NCBI GenBank assembly: GCA_039028615.1
Contig: JBCCHT010000015.1
Span: 96,001-160,000 of the forward strand
Origin: Myxococcota bacterium
GTDB taxonomy: Bacteria > Myxococcota_A > Polyangia > Nannocystales > Nannocystaceae
Direction: 5' to 3'
Length of the DNA stretch: 64,000 bases
Made by a program: the position numbers and the translations under genes. Below are positions 37,652 through 46,778 of the stretch, in pieces. The notes under the pieces are model-generated. The model was not told where the DNA came from and made no database searches. It was given only the letters and a program-made list of their open reading frames with translations. Position 1 is the stretch's first letter; every line of letters starts with the position of its first letter.

Positions 37652-38857
37652 TCAGCCCGGCGGCGGGTGACCCGGGACGACTTCGAAATCGTCTCCGATG
37701 GTATCGCACCCATCACCGGTTTTGGGGTCGACGCTACAGCTGTAGACGCGCACGTAGTCGACGGTCAGCTCTTGGGGGAACACCGACGCATCGATGCCCC
37801 CCGCGTTGACGTTGGCCGCCCACGCACCACCGACCGCGAGGTTGAGGATGAGATGGAAGCTCTCGTCGAAGGGGGCCGCCCCTTCACCGATGACCAGCTC
37901 ACCGCCGTCGTTGGTGTACTGCGTGTACCAACCGTCTTGTCGCTGTGTGGCGAAGTGGTGGTCGTCGAGATACCAGCGAATCTCGCCTTGCTCCCACTCG
38001 ACCGCGTAGTCGTGGAAGTCGTCGGCCGGGTTGGCACCGTCGGGGAGCGTGGTCTCGATGCCGCTGTGTACGTTGTTCGGCCAGTACGACCCGTAGTGCA
38101 GCGTGCCGTGGACACGGTTCTCACCGTCGACGCCCAGGTTGACCGCCTCCATGATGTCGATTTCTCCCGAGGCCGCCCAACCACCGTAGACCCGCGCGGT
38201 GGGGAGCATCCAGATCGCGGGCCAGGTGCCCTGACCGAAGGGCAGGCGTGCGCGCACCTCGATGCGACCGAAACGCCAGTCGCCCATGTCGCGGGTGCGC
38301 AGGCGGGCCGACGCGTAGGGCAGGGTCACGGAGGTATCGCTGGGATCGTACGCCGGGTCGTCGTCGTTGACCGCGGGCCCGCTCGTGCTCTCGTTGCGAG
38401 CGACGATATGCAGCATGCCGTCCGCCACGAACGAGCCGGCCGGGTCGTCGTTGTAGCACTGCTGCTCTCCGTTGCCGCCGCCCCAGCAGTTGCTCTCGTG
38501 GGCCCAGCGGGTCGGGTCGATCGCATCGCCGTCGAACTCGTCCGACCACACCAGCACCCAGCCTTCTTCCGTACCGCCCGCGGTGGTTTCGTCGCTGGAG
38601 CTGCCGTCGTCGGGATCGACCGGCCCGTCGGTGGTGCTGCCCGAGGTGTCTTCGCCCGGCGGATCGTCGGTGGTCGCGGCGCCGCTGGTCGTGGCCTCGG
38701 GCTCGGTCGGCACCGCGCCGACGTCCTCGGTCGCCTGGGGCGTGCTGGTTTGTTCGGTGGGGTCGTCGTCGGTGCCCGTGCACGCGACCGCGAGGGCGAG
38801 CCCCATGCACGTCGTCAGTCGCGTGGCTCCTGCCGTTCGCTGGTGCGTCCGCTTCAT
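37652..38857 (-). CDS. GH16 beta-1,3-glucanase (laminarinase-type) lipoprotein
   Basis: WSDEFDG, GNGEQQCY, GTWPAIWMLP, catalytic GEIDIMEA, APFD..FHLILNLAVGG, VDYVRVY. Confidence 0.95.
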   Translation of the reverse strand: MKRTHQRTAGATRLTTCMGLALAVACTGTDDDPTEQTSTPQATEDVGAVPTEPEATTSGAATTDDPPGEDTSGSTTDGPVDPDDGSSSDETTAGGTEEGWVLVWSDEFDGDAIDPTRWAHESNCWGGGNGEQQCYNDDPAGSFVADGMLHIVARNESTSGPAVNDDDPAYDPSDTSVTLPYASARLRTRDMGDWRFGRIEVRARLPFGQGTWPAIWMLPTARVYGGWAASGEIDIMEAVNLGVDGENRVHGTLHYGSYWPNNVHSGIETTLPDGANPADDFHDYAVEWEQGEIRWYLDDHHFATQRQDGWYTQYTNDGGELVIGEGAAPFDESFHLILNLAVGGAWAANVNAGGIDASVFPQELTVDYVRVYSCSVDPKTGDGCDTIGDDFEVVPGHPPPG

Positions 38858-39076
38858 CGGTCCAATGTTCCGCACGCCTCCAAAAACGGCTCAACAAAAT
38901 CGCCCTGGGCCGAAAATAGCCGATAGAGGCCTCTACGAGCCTGTTCTTCGCCGGGCAGGGCGCGAACGTGCGCGCGCGTCGACGCCGCGAGCTTCGGCGT
39001 GCGACCGCGAAAATTGCCTGAGCCGTTGGCGGTGGCTGGGGGAACGGGACACGGCATGACGGCGCACGACGGTTGG

Positions 39077-41263
39077 ATGAAGGCGATGCGATGGCCCGGG
39101 CACTGGGCGTGCCTGTTGTTGGCCGGGGTGGGCTGTACGGGCGGCGACGTCGAACGCCCCGCGGGCATGGGGGAGGGCACTTCGGGCGGAGGAGCCTCGT
39201 TCGGCTCGTCGGGCGCGAGCCTCGACGAGGGCAGCGACGACGAGACCGGGGGCGGGGAGACGGGGGACGCGGGTAGCGACGGCAACGAAACCGGATCGGA
39301 CACGGGCGACGACGACACCGAGGTCGTCCCGCTCTTCGACGAGACCACGGTGCTCGAGCCCGAGGTCCACTTCGATCGAGGCGATGCCATCGTGACCCGC
39401 TTGTCCGACCGAGGCCGAGACCGCCACGCCCGCGAGGACCAGTTCCAGAGCTACGACCACTACCTGCCGCTGTATTGGGAGCACCGCACGGCGCGAATGC
39501 AACTCGTGGACACGGTCGCGAAGGGCGGTACCACCATCGACGTTTCGTTCGTGACCGAGTGGCCGCTGGGTCCCATCGAGTTTCGGGCCTGGTACAGCGG
39601 CCTGCATACGGTGGCTCAATACGGGGGCAACTATGGCTTCTTGTTCACGGAAGAAGGCCCCGGCACCTTCGACAACGAGCACCAACCGGTGAGCGACGAG
39701 GGCACCCAGTACAAGTACACGTACACCATCGATTCCGCGATCACGCTCGATGGACAGGTCGTGCCCCTGGCCGAGGGGCAGTTCATGGAGTTCGAGAACA
39801 GCATGTTTCTCGATGCACCGCCGCAGGGGCGCGCGAACTACTACGGCACGACGTTCTTGTACGAGGTCGGCCGAGGCGGGATGGTGCCCTGGTACACGGT
39901 GGGCGAGTTCGAGGATCCAGGCTCCGAACGGGAGAACTCGCATCCGCTCGACGAGGCGGCGTGGCTCGGGGGGCGCACGACGTTGCCCCATATGTACTCC
40001 GAAGAGCCGGACAACCACTTCATGCAGATGGCCACCAACCTGTCGAGCGTCAACGGCCAGGCGTTCATGCGGGGGCGTCGAGTCCATCACACGGACATGG
40101 TGACCGGGGCGCACGACGAGAGCCCGGACAACGGCACCTTCGACGAGCTGGCCGGGCTCGCCGGGCCGAACTACGTCAATGCCTCGTGCGACGGCTGTCA
40201 TCACCGCAATGGTCGAGCGCCCGTGGCTGCGCCGGGTGAGCCGCTCGATCGATGGGTGTTCAAGGTCGCGGCCGAGGACGGGAGCCCCGATCCGGCAGTG
40301 GGGGCCGTGCTGCAGCCTCACGCGACGGACGGGGGCCCGGGCGAGGGTGACGTTACCCTCGCGGAGTGGGTCGAAGACGGTGAGGGCCTGCGATCTCCGG
40401 TCTACGCGTTCTCCCAGGATCGACCGGCGCGGTTCTCCGCTCGGCTCGCCCCGCCGCTGGTCGGCATGGGGCTCATCGAAGCGATCGCCGAGTCCACCGT
40501 GCTCGCGTGGGCCGACCCCGACGATGCGGATGGCGACGGGATTTCGGGGCGGGTGCAGGTCGTGCCGGATCCGGTCACCGCCGAGCCGCGAATGGGGCGC
40601 TTCGGCTGGAAGGCGGGCGCCGGCAGCTTGCCGCATCAGGTCGCCGCCGCGCTGAATACCGACATGGGCGTGATGACGTCGATCTTCGATACGCCCGACT
40701 GTGGCGCGGCGCAGACGGGCTGCGGCAACGCCCAAGGGCCCGAGCTCGCCGACGAGCACCTCGACGAGCTGGTCAAGTACGTGGCGTTGCTCGGCGTGCG
40801 GGCGCGTCGTTCGATCGATGACCCCCAAGCGCTCGCGGGCGAGCAGCTGTTCTCCGAGCTCGGCTGCGGCGACTGTCATCGCGCCGACATCATCACCAGC
40901 CCGTATCATCCCTTCGCCGAGCTTCGCAGCCAGGTGATCCACCCCTACACCGATCTGTTGCTGCACGACATGGGAGAGGGGCTGGCCGACGACCTCTGGG
41001 AAGGGCTCGCGTCGGGAGCCGAGTGGCGGACCACGCCGCTATGGGGGCTGGGCCTCGGTGCCTGCGTCACGGGCGGAGTGGAGGGTCCGTTCCAGGATCA
41101 GGTCTGCACGCCTCACGAGAGCTACCTGCACGACGGCCGCGCCCGAACCATCGACGAGGCCATCCGATGGCACGGCGGCGAAGCTGAGGCGGCCGCACAA
41201 GGGTACGAGGCGCTGCCCGAGGACCAACGCCAGGCCCTGCTGCGGTTCCTCGAGTCCCTGTAG
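39077..41263 (+). CDS. Di-heme oxidoreductase (DHOR-type) lipoprotein with extra N-terminal domain
   Basis: Two CxxCH (CDGCH, CGDCH), GRFGWKA, YTDLLLHDMG, WRTTPLWG, YLHDGRART; lipobox GVGC. Confidence 0.88.
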   Translation: MKAMRWPGHWACLLLAGVGCTGGDVERPAGMGEGTSGGGASFGSSGASLDEGSDDETGGGETGDAGSDGNETGSDTGDDDTEVVPLFDETTVLEPEVHFDRGDAIVTRLSDRGRDRHAREDQFQSYDHYLPLYWEHRTARMQLVDTVAKGGTTIDVSFVTEWPLGPIEFRAWYSGLHTVAQYGGNYGFLFTEEGPGTFDNEHQPVSDEGTQYKYTYTIDSAITLDGQVVPLAEGQFMEFENSMFLDAPPQGRANYYGTTFLYEVGRGGMVPWYTVGEFEDPGSERENSHPLDEAAWLGGRTTLPHMYSEEPDNHFMQMATNLSSVNGQAFMRGRRVHHTDMVTGAHDESPDNGTFDELAGLAGPNYVNASCDGCHHRNGRAPVAAPGEPLDRWVFKVAAEDGSPDPAVGAVLQPHATDGGPGEGDVTLAEWVEDGEGLRSPVYAFSQDRPARFSARLAPPLVGMGLIEAIAESTVLAWADPDDADGDGISGRVQVVPDPVTAEPRMGRFGWKAGAGSLPHQVAAALNTDMGVMTSIFDTPDCGAAQTGCGNAQGPELADEHLDELVKYVALLGVRARRSIDDPQALAGEQLFSELGCGDCHRADIITSPYHPFAELRSQVIHPYTDLLLHDMGEGLADDLWEGLASGAEWRTTPLWGLGLGACVTGGVEGPFQDQVCTPHESYLHDGRARTIDEAIRWHGGEAEAAAQGYEALPEDQRQALLRFLESL

Positions 41264-41270
41264 CCGAAGC

Positions 41271-42281
41271 TCAGGTGGGTGGCCACATGCAGATGGGCCA
41301 CCCATTGTTGGTCATGTAGCACTCCATCGACTCGGGGCAGGGCGGATCCCCGTCGCCGCAGGGCACGTGGCACTCGTTGCCGACCGGAGGGTGCATGACG
41401 CCCTGGCAGGTCAGGCCCACGTCGGGTCCGGGGATGTCGTCGGAGCAGTCGCTGGAACCTCCGCTGCAGCTGCCCACGCACATGTTGTAGCCGTTTTCGA
41501 TGATGCACTGCGACCCCGGCTCGCACGGGGCGTCCACGTGCACGCAGTCTCCGTACATCGGCACGGGGCTGGTCACGGCAGTCATGCACACGGTGCCGTC
41601 GAGGCAGGCCATGCCATCGGGGCAGACTTCGCCGTCGTCGCACGCCAGGATGCAGTCACCGCCGCCGTCACCGTCGATGTCTTGGCAGCGGGGCTTGGCC
41701 GTCCCCGTGATCTCGGGAAACGGGCAGTCGCAGACGTCCGTGCACTGCCGGGCGCAGGCTCCCGCCTGCAGCGGGTCGCCGAGCGTGAGACAGCCGTGGT
41801 CGGGTCCGCAGATGTTCTCCGTATCGAAACCGCCGTGGTCGCTGATGCAGCGCTCGTAGGTGCCGTCTTCCCACGTGCCGGGCTGGCAGATGTACACGCA
41901 CACGCCGTCTTCGCAGGTACGGAAGTTGGGGCAATCGTCGTTCCCGAGGCAACGAGGCGGTGGGCCTTCATCGGTCGAGCTTGATCCTGAGCCTGAACCG
42001 GAGTCGGACGTCGCGGTCGAGCTGCCGGACGTGGACGTGGTGGTGCTGGAGCCGCTGGAGCTCATCGCGTGGGTGGTCGTGGAGTCGAGACCGGTCGTCG
42101 TAGAGTCGGCGACGACGGTGGGCGTGGCGGTGGAGTCCCCCGTCGATGCCTCGGTGCCTTCGGGAGACGCGGTCGTTCGCCCGGAGCACGCCGCGAGGCA
42201 CAGCAAAAGCCACCACCCGAACCCCGTGAGCTTCGCCCGCGGATCGCGGCGGACCATGAACGCGTCGATGCCGTGCCCCAT
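41271..42281 (-). CDS. Cys-rich lipoprotein
   Basis: LLCLAAC lipobox, Ser/Thr linker, many short Cys-spaced modules; alternative start 42257. Confidence 0.7.
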   Translation of the reverse strand: MGHGIDAFMVRRDPRAKLTGFGWWLLLCLAACSGRTTASPEGTEASTGDSTATPTVVADSTTTGLDSTTTHAMSSSGSSTTTSTSGSSTATSDSGSGSGSSSTDEGPPPRCLGNDDCPNFRTCEDGVCVYICQPGTWEDGTYERCISDHGGFDTENICGPDHGCLTLGDPLQAGACARQCTDVCDCPFPEITGTAKPRCQDIDGDGGGDCILACDDGEVCPDGMACLDGTVCMTAVTSPVPMYGDCVHVDAPCEPGSQCIIENGYNMCVGSCSGGSSDCSDDIPGPDVGLTCQGVMHPPVGNECHVPCGDGDPPCPESMECYMTNNGWPICMWPPT

Positions 42282-42408
42282 CGCGTTCGATCCTAGCGCA
42301 CTGCTGCCGGCTAGGGTCGAAGCACCACAGGGACGGCGACGGGGCGCCCCCGAGCCGGTCGTTTGGCCACTGTCGTCGATGTCATGGCTCGCGCGAGACT
42401 GGTGAACG

Positions 42409-42855
42409 ATGACGATGAAACTCCCATCTTTGTTTGCCGTGGCACTGTCAGTGACGCTCGGCGCATGTGTCAGTGTCGAGGAGACGGCGACCTTCGACGA
42501 CATCGAAGAGGACTCGGACGGCGCGGAGGACGACGAGTTTCGCTACGTGCCGATCTTCGACTCCTGTGGCGATCACGAGCAGGAGTGCATCCAGGGGTGC
42601 CACGATGATTTTCACGACATTTGTATGCCGACCGCGCGCGCCATTCTCTACGGTGGTTGCCGCTCCGCGGCCGAGCAGACCTCCGGGGCGCCCGACTGCT
42701 TCGACCCGGAGGGAGTCCCCTTCAACGTCGATCTATGCCTGGACCTGTACTGGAGTTGCCTCGACGGGCAGTGGCGTCCCGACATCAAGAATGCCCACGA
42801 CACCTGGGCCTCCAACTGCGAGGTCGGCCGTTTGGTGTGTCTGAGCGCGTGCTGA
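42409..42855 (+). CDS. Small Cys-rich lipoprotein
   Basis: LGAC lipobox, EFR motif followed by a helical Cys-rich domain. Confidence 0.65.
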   Translation: MTMKLPSLFAVALSVTLGACVSVEETATFDDIEEDSDGAEDDEFRYVPIFDSCGDHEQECIQGCHDDFHDICMPTARAILYGGCRSAAEQTSGAPDCFDPEGVPFNVDLCLDLYWSCLDGQWRPDIKNAHDTWASNCEVGRLVCLSAC

Positions 42856-42861
42856 GCCGTT

Positions 42862-43779
42862 TTACAGCCCACGCCGTAGCGGGGTCTCGTCGCCCGAGTC
42901 GATGCGTTTGCCATCCACGAACACGGTATTGACGAAGCTGCCTCCGCGCGCCACGTAGCCGTGCTCTCGCATCAAGTCGAGAGTCCCGCCGACCAGGCCC
43001 TTCGTGCCGAAGCGTAGGGTCTCCACGCAGAACACGGCGGGGCGCGATCGGGTGAAATCGAAGGTGCGGAGAATCTCGAGGTCGAGTCCCTCCACGTCGA
43101 TGGAGACGAGGTCGGGCGGGGCGTCGGCGAAGTGTTCCGCGATGATCTCCATGATCGGTCGCAGCGGCATGTCGAGCGTCTGCTCGACGACCTCGCGGCC
43201 TTGCTCGGCCCGGTAGCGGTCGACCTGCTCCTTCGAAAAGGTATTGAGCTGCGGGCGATCGCGGATGAGGTAGTAGGGGGCGCTGCGCTGCTCATCGATG
43301 CCGACACCCGCCTCGAGGATGGTGTCTTGCGGTCGCAGCTCGCGGAGCATCTGGGTCATCATGGGGTTGGGCTCGACGAGCACGCCCCGGGCCCCCATCG
43401 AGTACAGCAAGTAGGTGTTGCTCCCGATCGTCGGATGAAAGGCGCCGACGTCGAGGTAGCGGGGGCGCCGGATCCCGAGCGACTCGAGCACGTTGGCGAT
43501 GACCAGGTCCTCGCCCTGCTGCGCGTAGGAGACGATGCGCCCGTCCGGCGGCTGCGGTCCGAGGGGAGGTGGCTCGGGCTTGACCCGTCCCGAAGGAGCG
43601 ACCTCGGCGGACTGGTTCTTCGACGCCTCAGGGTTTTCCCCCTTCACGGCAGCCTCGTCGGAATCGCTCGGGGCCTCGCGGTCTTCGGTCGCAGCCCGCA
43701 GCTTCTGAGACGCCAACGCGACCCCCGCTCCCAGCCCAACCCCGGTCAGTCCGCCGAACAAGAAGCTGCGTCGTTCCAC
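42862..43779 (-). CDS. FkbM-family SAM-dependent methyltransferase with twin-arginine signal
   Basis: SYAQQGED, YLDVGAFHP..GSNT, VEPNP, SIDVEGLD; N-terminus ERRSFL + hydrophobic helix. Confidence 0.88.
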   Translation of the reverse strand: MERRSFLFGGLTGVGLGAGVALASQKLRAATEDREAPSDSDEAAVKGENPEASKNQSAEVAPSGRVKPEPPPLGPQPPDGRIVSYAQQGEDLVIANVLESLGIRRPRYLDVGAFHPTIGSNTYLLYSMGARGVLVEPNPMMTQMLRELRPQDTILEAGVGIDEQRSAPYYLIRDRPQLNTFSKEQVDRYRAEQGREVVEQTLDMPLRPIMEIIAEHFADAPPDLVSIDVEGLDLEILRTFDFTRSRPAVFCVETLRFGTKGLVGGTLDLMREHGYVARGGSFVNTVFVDGKRIDSGDETPLRRGL

Positions 43780-43913
43780 CGTCGTCGATGGTACCCCGCG
43801 GCGCTGGAGCCCGACACGGCCGAGGAAACGGGGTTCGCCCCGCGCACGTCGATTTCGCCGCGAAACCCCCGTGCCCGCGTCAGATCGAAACCCCTCACCG
43901 TGGAGGGCCCCAC

Positions 43914-44834
43914 ATGCTCCGGTCGGCCGTCCTCGCCCTCGCCCTGTCCACCGCGTTTGCTCCGCGAGCGAACGTGAGCTCGACCTCTCCGCGCTCGGGT
44001 CGGGGTCATCTTCGCTCGCAGGTGACCTACGCCATGTCCCACAGCACGGCCGACTACGACACCAACGCCATCGGGGCCGTCGGCAACTGGGATCACTACG
44101 GCTACAAGTGGAAGTCGCTGCACGACACCAACGTGGGCGCCGTGCTCCACGGCTCGCAGGCGCTGCACTCGTTGCCCTACACCCCGCGCGCGGGGGTGGA
44201 GTCGGGGCTCAACGTCAACGAGACCCATGCCTACACCAATACGATGGGCGGGCAGTACGACGCGGCGGGGTCCTGGCATAGCCGGGACATCGACGACCCG
44301 ATGACCGGCCTGGTGTTCGCGGCGCTCGTCATGCACTACTTCGACAGCCCGGTGCTGCTCAGCGGGGCCTGGACTCCGCCCAAGGCGGTGGCGCCCAGCG
44401 GCACCTGGTACCAGACCATTGCCCTCGAGTCGCTGGTGTTCGAGGTGCCCGGGGCCAGCAGCCTGCACGCCGCGTGCGGCCTCAACCCGGCGGCCACGCC
44501 CGTGCAAGCCGCGGCGTCGCTGTCGAGCTGCAACCTGTCGAGCGGGAAGCTCGTCTCGGCCACAGCCTCGCTGTGGGTGGGCGCCAACAGCCCCTCCGGC
44601 GCGCCGGACTTCATGATGCACCGCCCGCTGTCCGGCGCGGCGCTGCTCGACGCGTATGCGGCCGGCTTCTCCTACGGACCCACGAACCCCAGCGGGCAGG
44701 GCGGGGAGATGGTGTTCTCCGCCCCCGACAACGTGACGCCTCAGGACATCGCCGCGTTGGTGACGATGGCTGGGGTCATCGCGGCCGATCTCGAGCCGGC
44801 CAATACCGCGTCGGGGGCCAGCGACGTCCAGTAG
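43914..44834 (+). CDS. Hypothetical secreted protein
   Basis: GGAGGG RBS, signal peptide MLRSAVLALALSTAFA, strong GC3 bias; no family recognised. Confidence 0.7.
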   Translation: MLRSAVLALALSTAFAPRANVSSTSPRSGRGHLRSQVTYAMSHSTADYDTNAIGAVGNWDHYGYKWKSLHDTNVGAVLHGSQALHSLPYTPRAGVESGLNVNETHAYTNTMGGQYDAAGSWHSRDIDDPMTGLVFAALVMHYFDSPVLLSGAWTPPKAVAPSGTWYQTIALESLVFEVPGASSLHAACGLNPAATPVQAAASLSSCNLSSGKLVSATASLWVGANSPSGAPDFMMHRPLSGAALLDAYAAGFSYGPTNPSGQGGEMVFSAPDNVTPQDIAALVTMAGVIAADLEPANTASGASDVQ

Positions 44835-44849
44835 GGCCGCGGACTGCCG

Positions 44850-46232
44850 TCAGCCGGAGTCGGCGTCGGCGGGGCTCGACGCTCGCAGCACGAGCAGACC
44901 CACGATGCCCGCGATGGCCGAGGCCACGAGGATGCCGAGCTTGGCGGCGTCGAGATCGGCTTGGCTCGAGAAGGCCAGGCCCGCGATGAACAGGGCCATG
45001 GTGAAGCCCACGCCGCCGAGCAGGCCGATGCCGACCACGTGACCCCAGCGCACGCCGGCGGGGAGGTCGGCGAGGCCGAGCTTCACCGCCAGCCAGGTGA
45101 ACGCGAAGATGCCGACGGTCTTGCCGATCACCAGGCCCACCATGATGCCGAGCGCGATGCCTCCGGCGAGAGCATCGAAGCCGACCCCTTCGAGGCTCAC
45201 GCCCGCGTTGGCGAGGGCGAAGATCGGCAGCACCAGGAAGGTGACCACCGGAGCCAGCGCGTGCTCGAGGTCGAGCAGCGGCGCCGAGGCGGCGTTGCGA
45301 ATGCTGGCGACCTCGTCGAGTACGTGCTGCTGATCGTGCGAGTTGAGGCCCGCGTCACTGGGGGCCCCGATCTCGTGGAGGTGGTGCAGCGTGCCCTCGA
45401 GGCGCCGCACGAGGCGGTTGCCGTAGATCCGGGTACGCGCGGGAATGGTGAAGGCCATGAGCAGCGCGGCGATGGTGGCGTGCACACCCGACTTGAGGAA
45501 CGCCAGCCACACGATGAAGCCCACGATGAAGTAGGCCAGGCCGTTGCGTACGCCGGCTCGTGCCATGAGCAGGGACAGCACCACGCCCACCAAGCCGATC
45601 ACCAGGCTCGCGGTGGCGATCTGGTCCGTATAGAACACCGCGATGACGAGGACGGCTCCGATGTCGTCGACGATGGCGAGCGCGGTGAGCATGACCTTGA
45701 GGCCCAGCGGGGCTCGGGTGCCGAGCACGGCCAGCACACCGAGGGCGAAGGCGATGTCGGTGGCCATGGGGATGCCCCAGCCGTCGCGCAGCGGAGGCTC
45801 GGGGTTGATGGCCACGTAGAGCGCGGCGGGCAGGATCATGCCGCCGATGGCCGCGAGGGCCGGCAGCGAGGCCTTGCGCGCCGAGCTGAGCTCACCCACC
45901 AGCAGCTCGCGCTTGATCTCCAGGCCGACGAGGAAGAAGAACACCCCCATCAGACCGTCGTTGATGAGGTGGTGCACCGACTTGGTCAGCCCGATGCCGC
46001 CCATCGAGACGGTGACGTCGGCGTGCAGCGCATGGTGATAGACCTCGGCCCACGGTGAGTTCGCCCAGACGAGGGCGATGAGCGTGGCCAGCAGCAGCAG
46101 GCCGGCGCCTGCGAGCTTGTGCTGCGCAAAGAGCTTGACCGGTTCGAGCATCCGGTCGATCGGCATGACGATCGACTGCTCGGCCGAGTCGTGGTCGTGG
46201 TCGTTGGGCGTCGAGGCCATGACGACCCGCAC
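44850..46232 (-). CDS. nhaA: Na+/H+ antiporter NhaA
   Basis: INDGLM, FFLVGLEIKRE, GWGIPMATDIAFALG, LAIVDD, KSGVHAT, GVGFTMALFI. Confidence 0.96.
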   Translation of the reverse strand: MRVVMASTPNDHDHDSAEQSIVMPIDRMLEPVKLFAQHKLAGAGLLLLATLIALVWANSPWAEVYHHALHADVTVSMGGIGLTKSVHHLINDGLMGVFFFLVGLEIKRELLVGELSSARKASLPALAAIGGMILPAALYVAINPEPPLRDGWGIPMATDIAFALGVLAVLGTRAPLGLKVMLTALAIVDDIGAVLVIAVFYTDQIATASLVIGLVGVVLSLLMARAGVRNGLAYFIVGFIVWLAFLKSGVHATIAALLMAFTIPARTRIYGNRLVRRLEGTLHHLHEIGAPSDAGLNSHDQQHVLDEVASIRNAASAPLLDLEHALAPVVTFLVLPIFALANAGVSLEGVGFDALAGGIALGIMVGLVIGKTVGIFAFTWLAVKLGLADLPAGVRWGHVVGIGLLGGVGFTMALFIAGLAFSSQADLDAAKLGILVASAIAGIVGLLVLRASSPADADSG

Positions 46233-46778
46233 CTTGCCATGGCGAGCACCGCTGGCAAATGGGGAAAGACGCCACAGGGGCGTTTCGGGCCGGTGTACGG
46301 GGTTTCTCGGAGGTTTTCCGCGGCTGCGGGCCGAACTTCGACGCGATGGGGTCCGCGGTGGCCCGGCGCAAACGAAGGACCGGTGCCGGGGAGCCGTCCA
46401 TCGAGCCGAGCCGATCGCGTCACGGCGACGCCATCGAAGCCGTCGCGATCGCGGCGGGCTCGTCGACGGCGTGACCCACCGAGTCGGTGGTTTTCCAAGG
46501 GCGAGTCGCGGCGTCGAGTCGCGAAGTGATCGTGACGATCGAAGCGTCGTCGAGCTCGTTTCGCGAGCGACTGCTCGTGGTGCGGTTCCGTGTCGCGAAG
46601 TCGCGCATCATCGCGGTGTCGAAAACGAGCATGCGCGTGCCGGGCCGTCGGCGGACATGACTCTTCCTCTGACGCGAATCACCCCTCGGCGTACGGCAAC
46701 GTGGTCGAAGAGCGTGGCGCCGCCACCGACGATTCCGCTCGTAGTCACTGGTTGGGGGGACGTCTACAGTCCCCCGCC

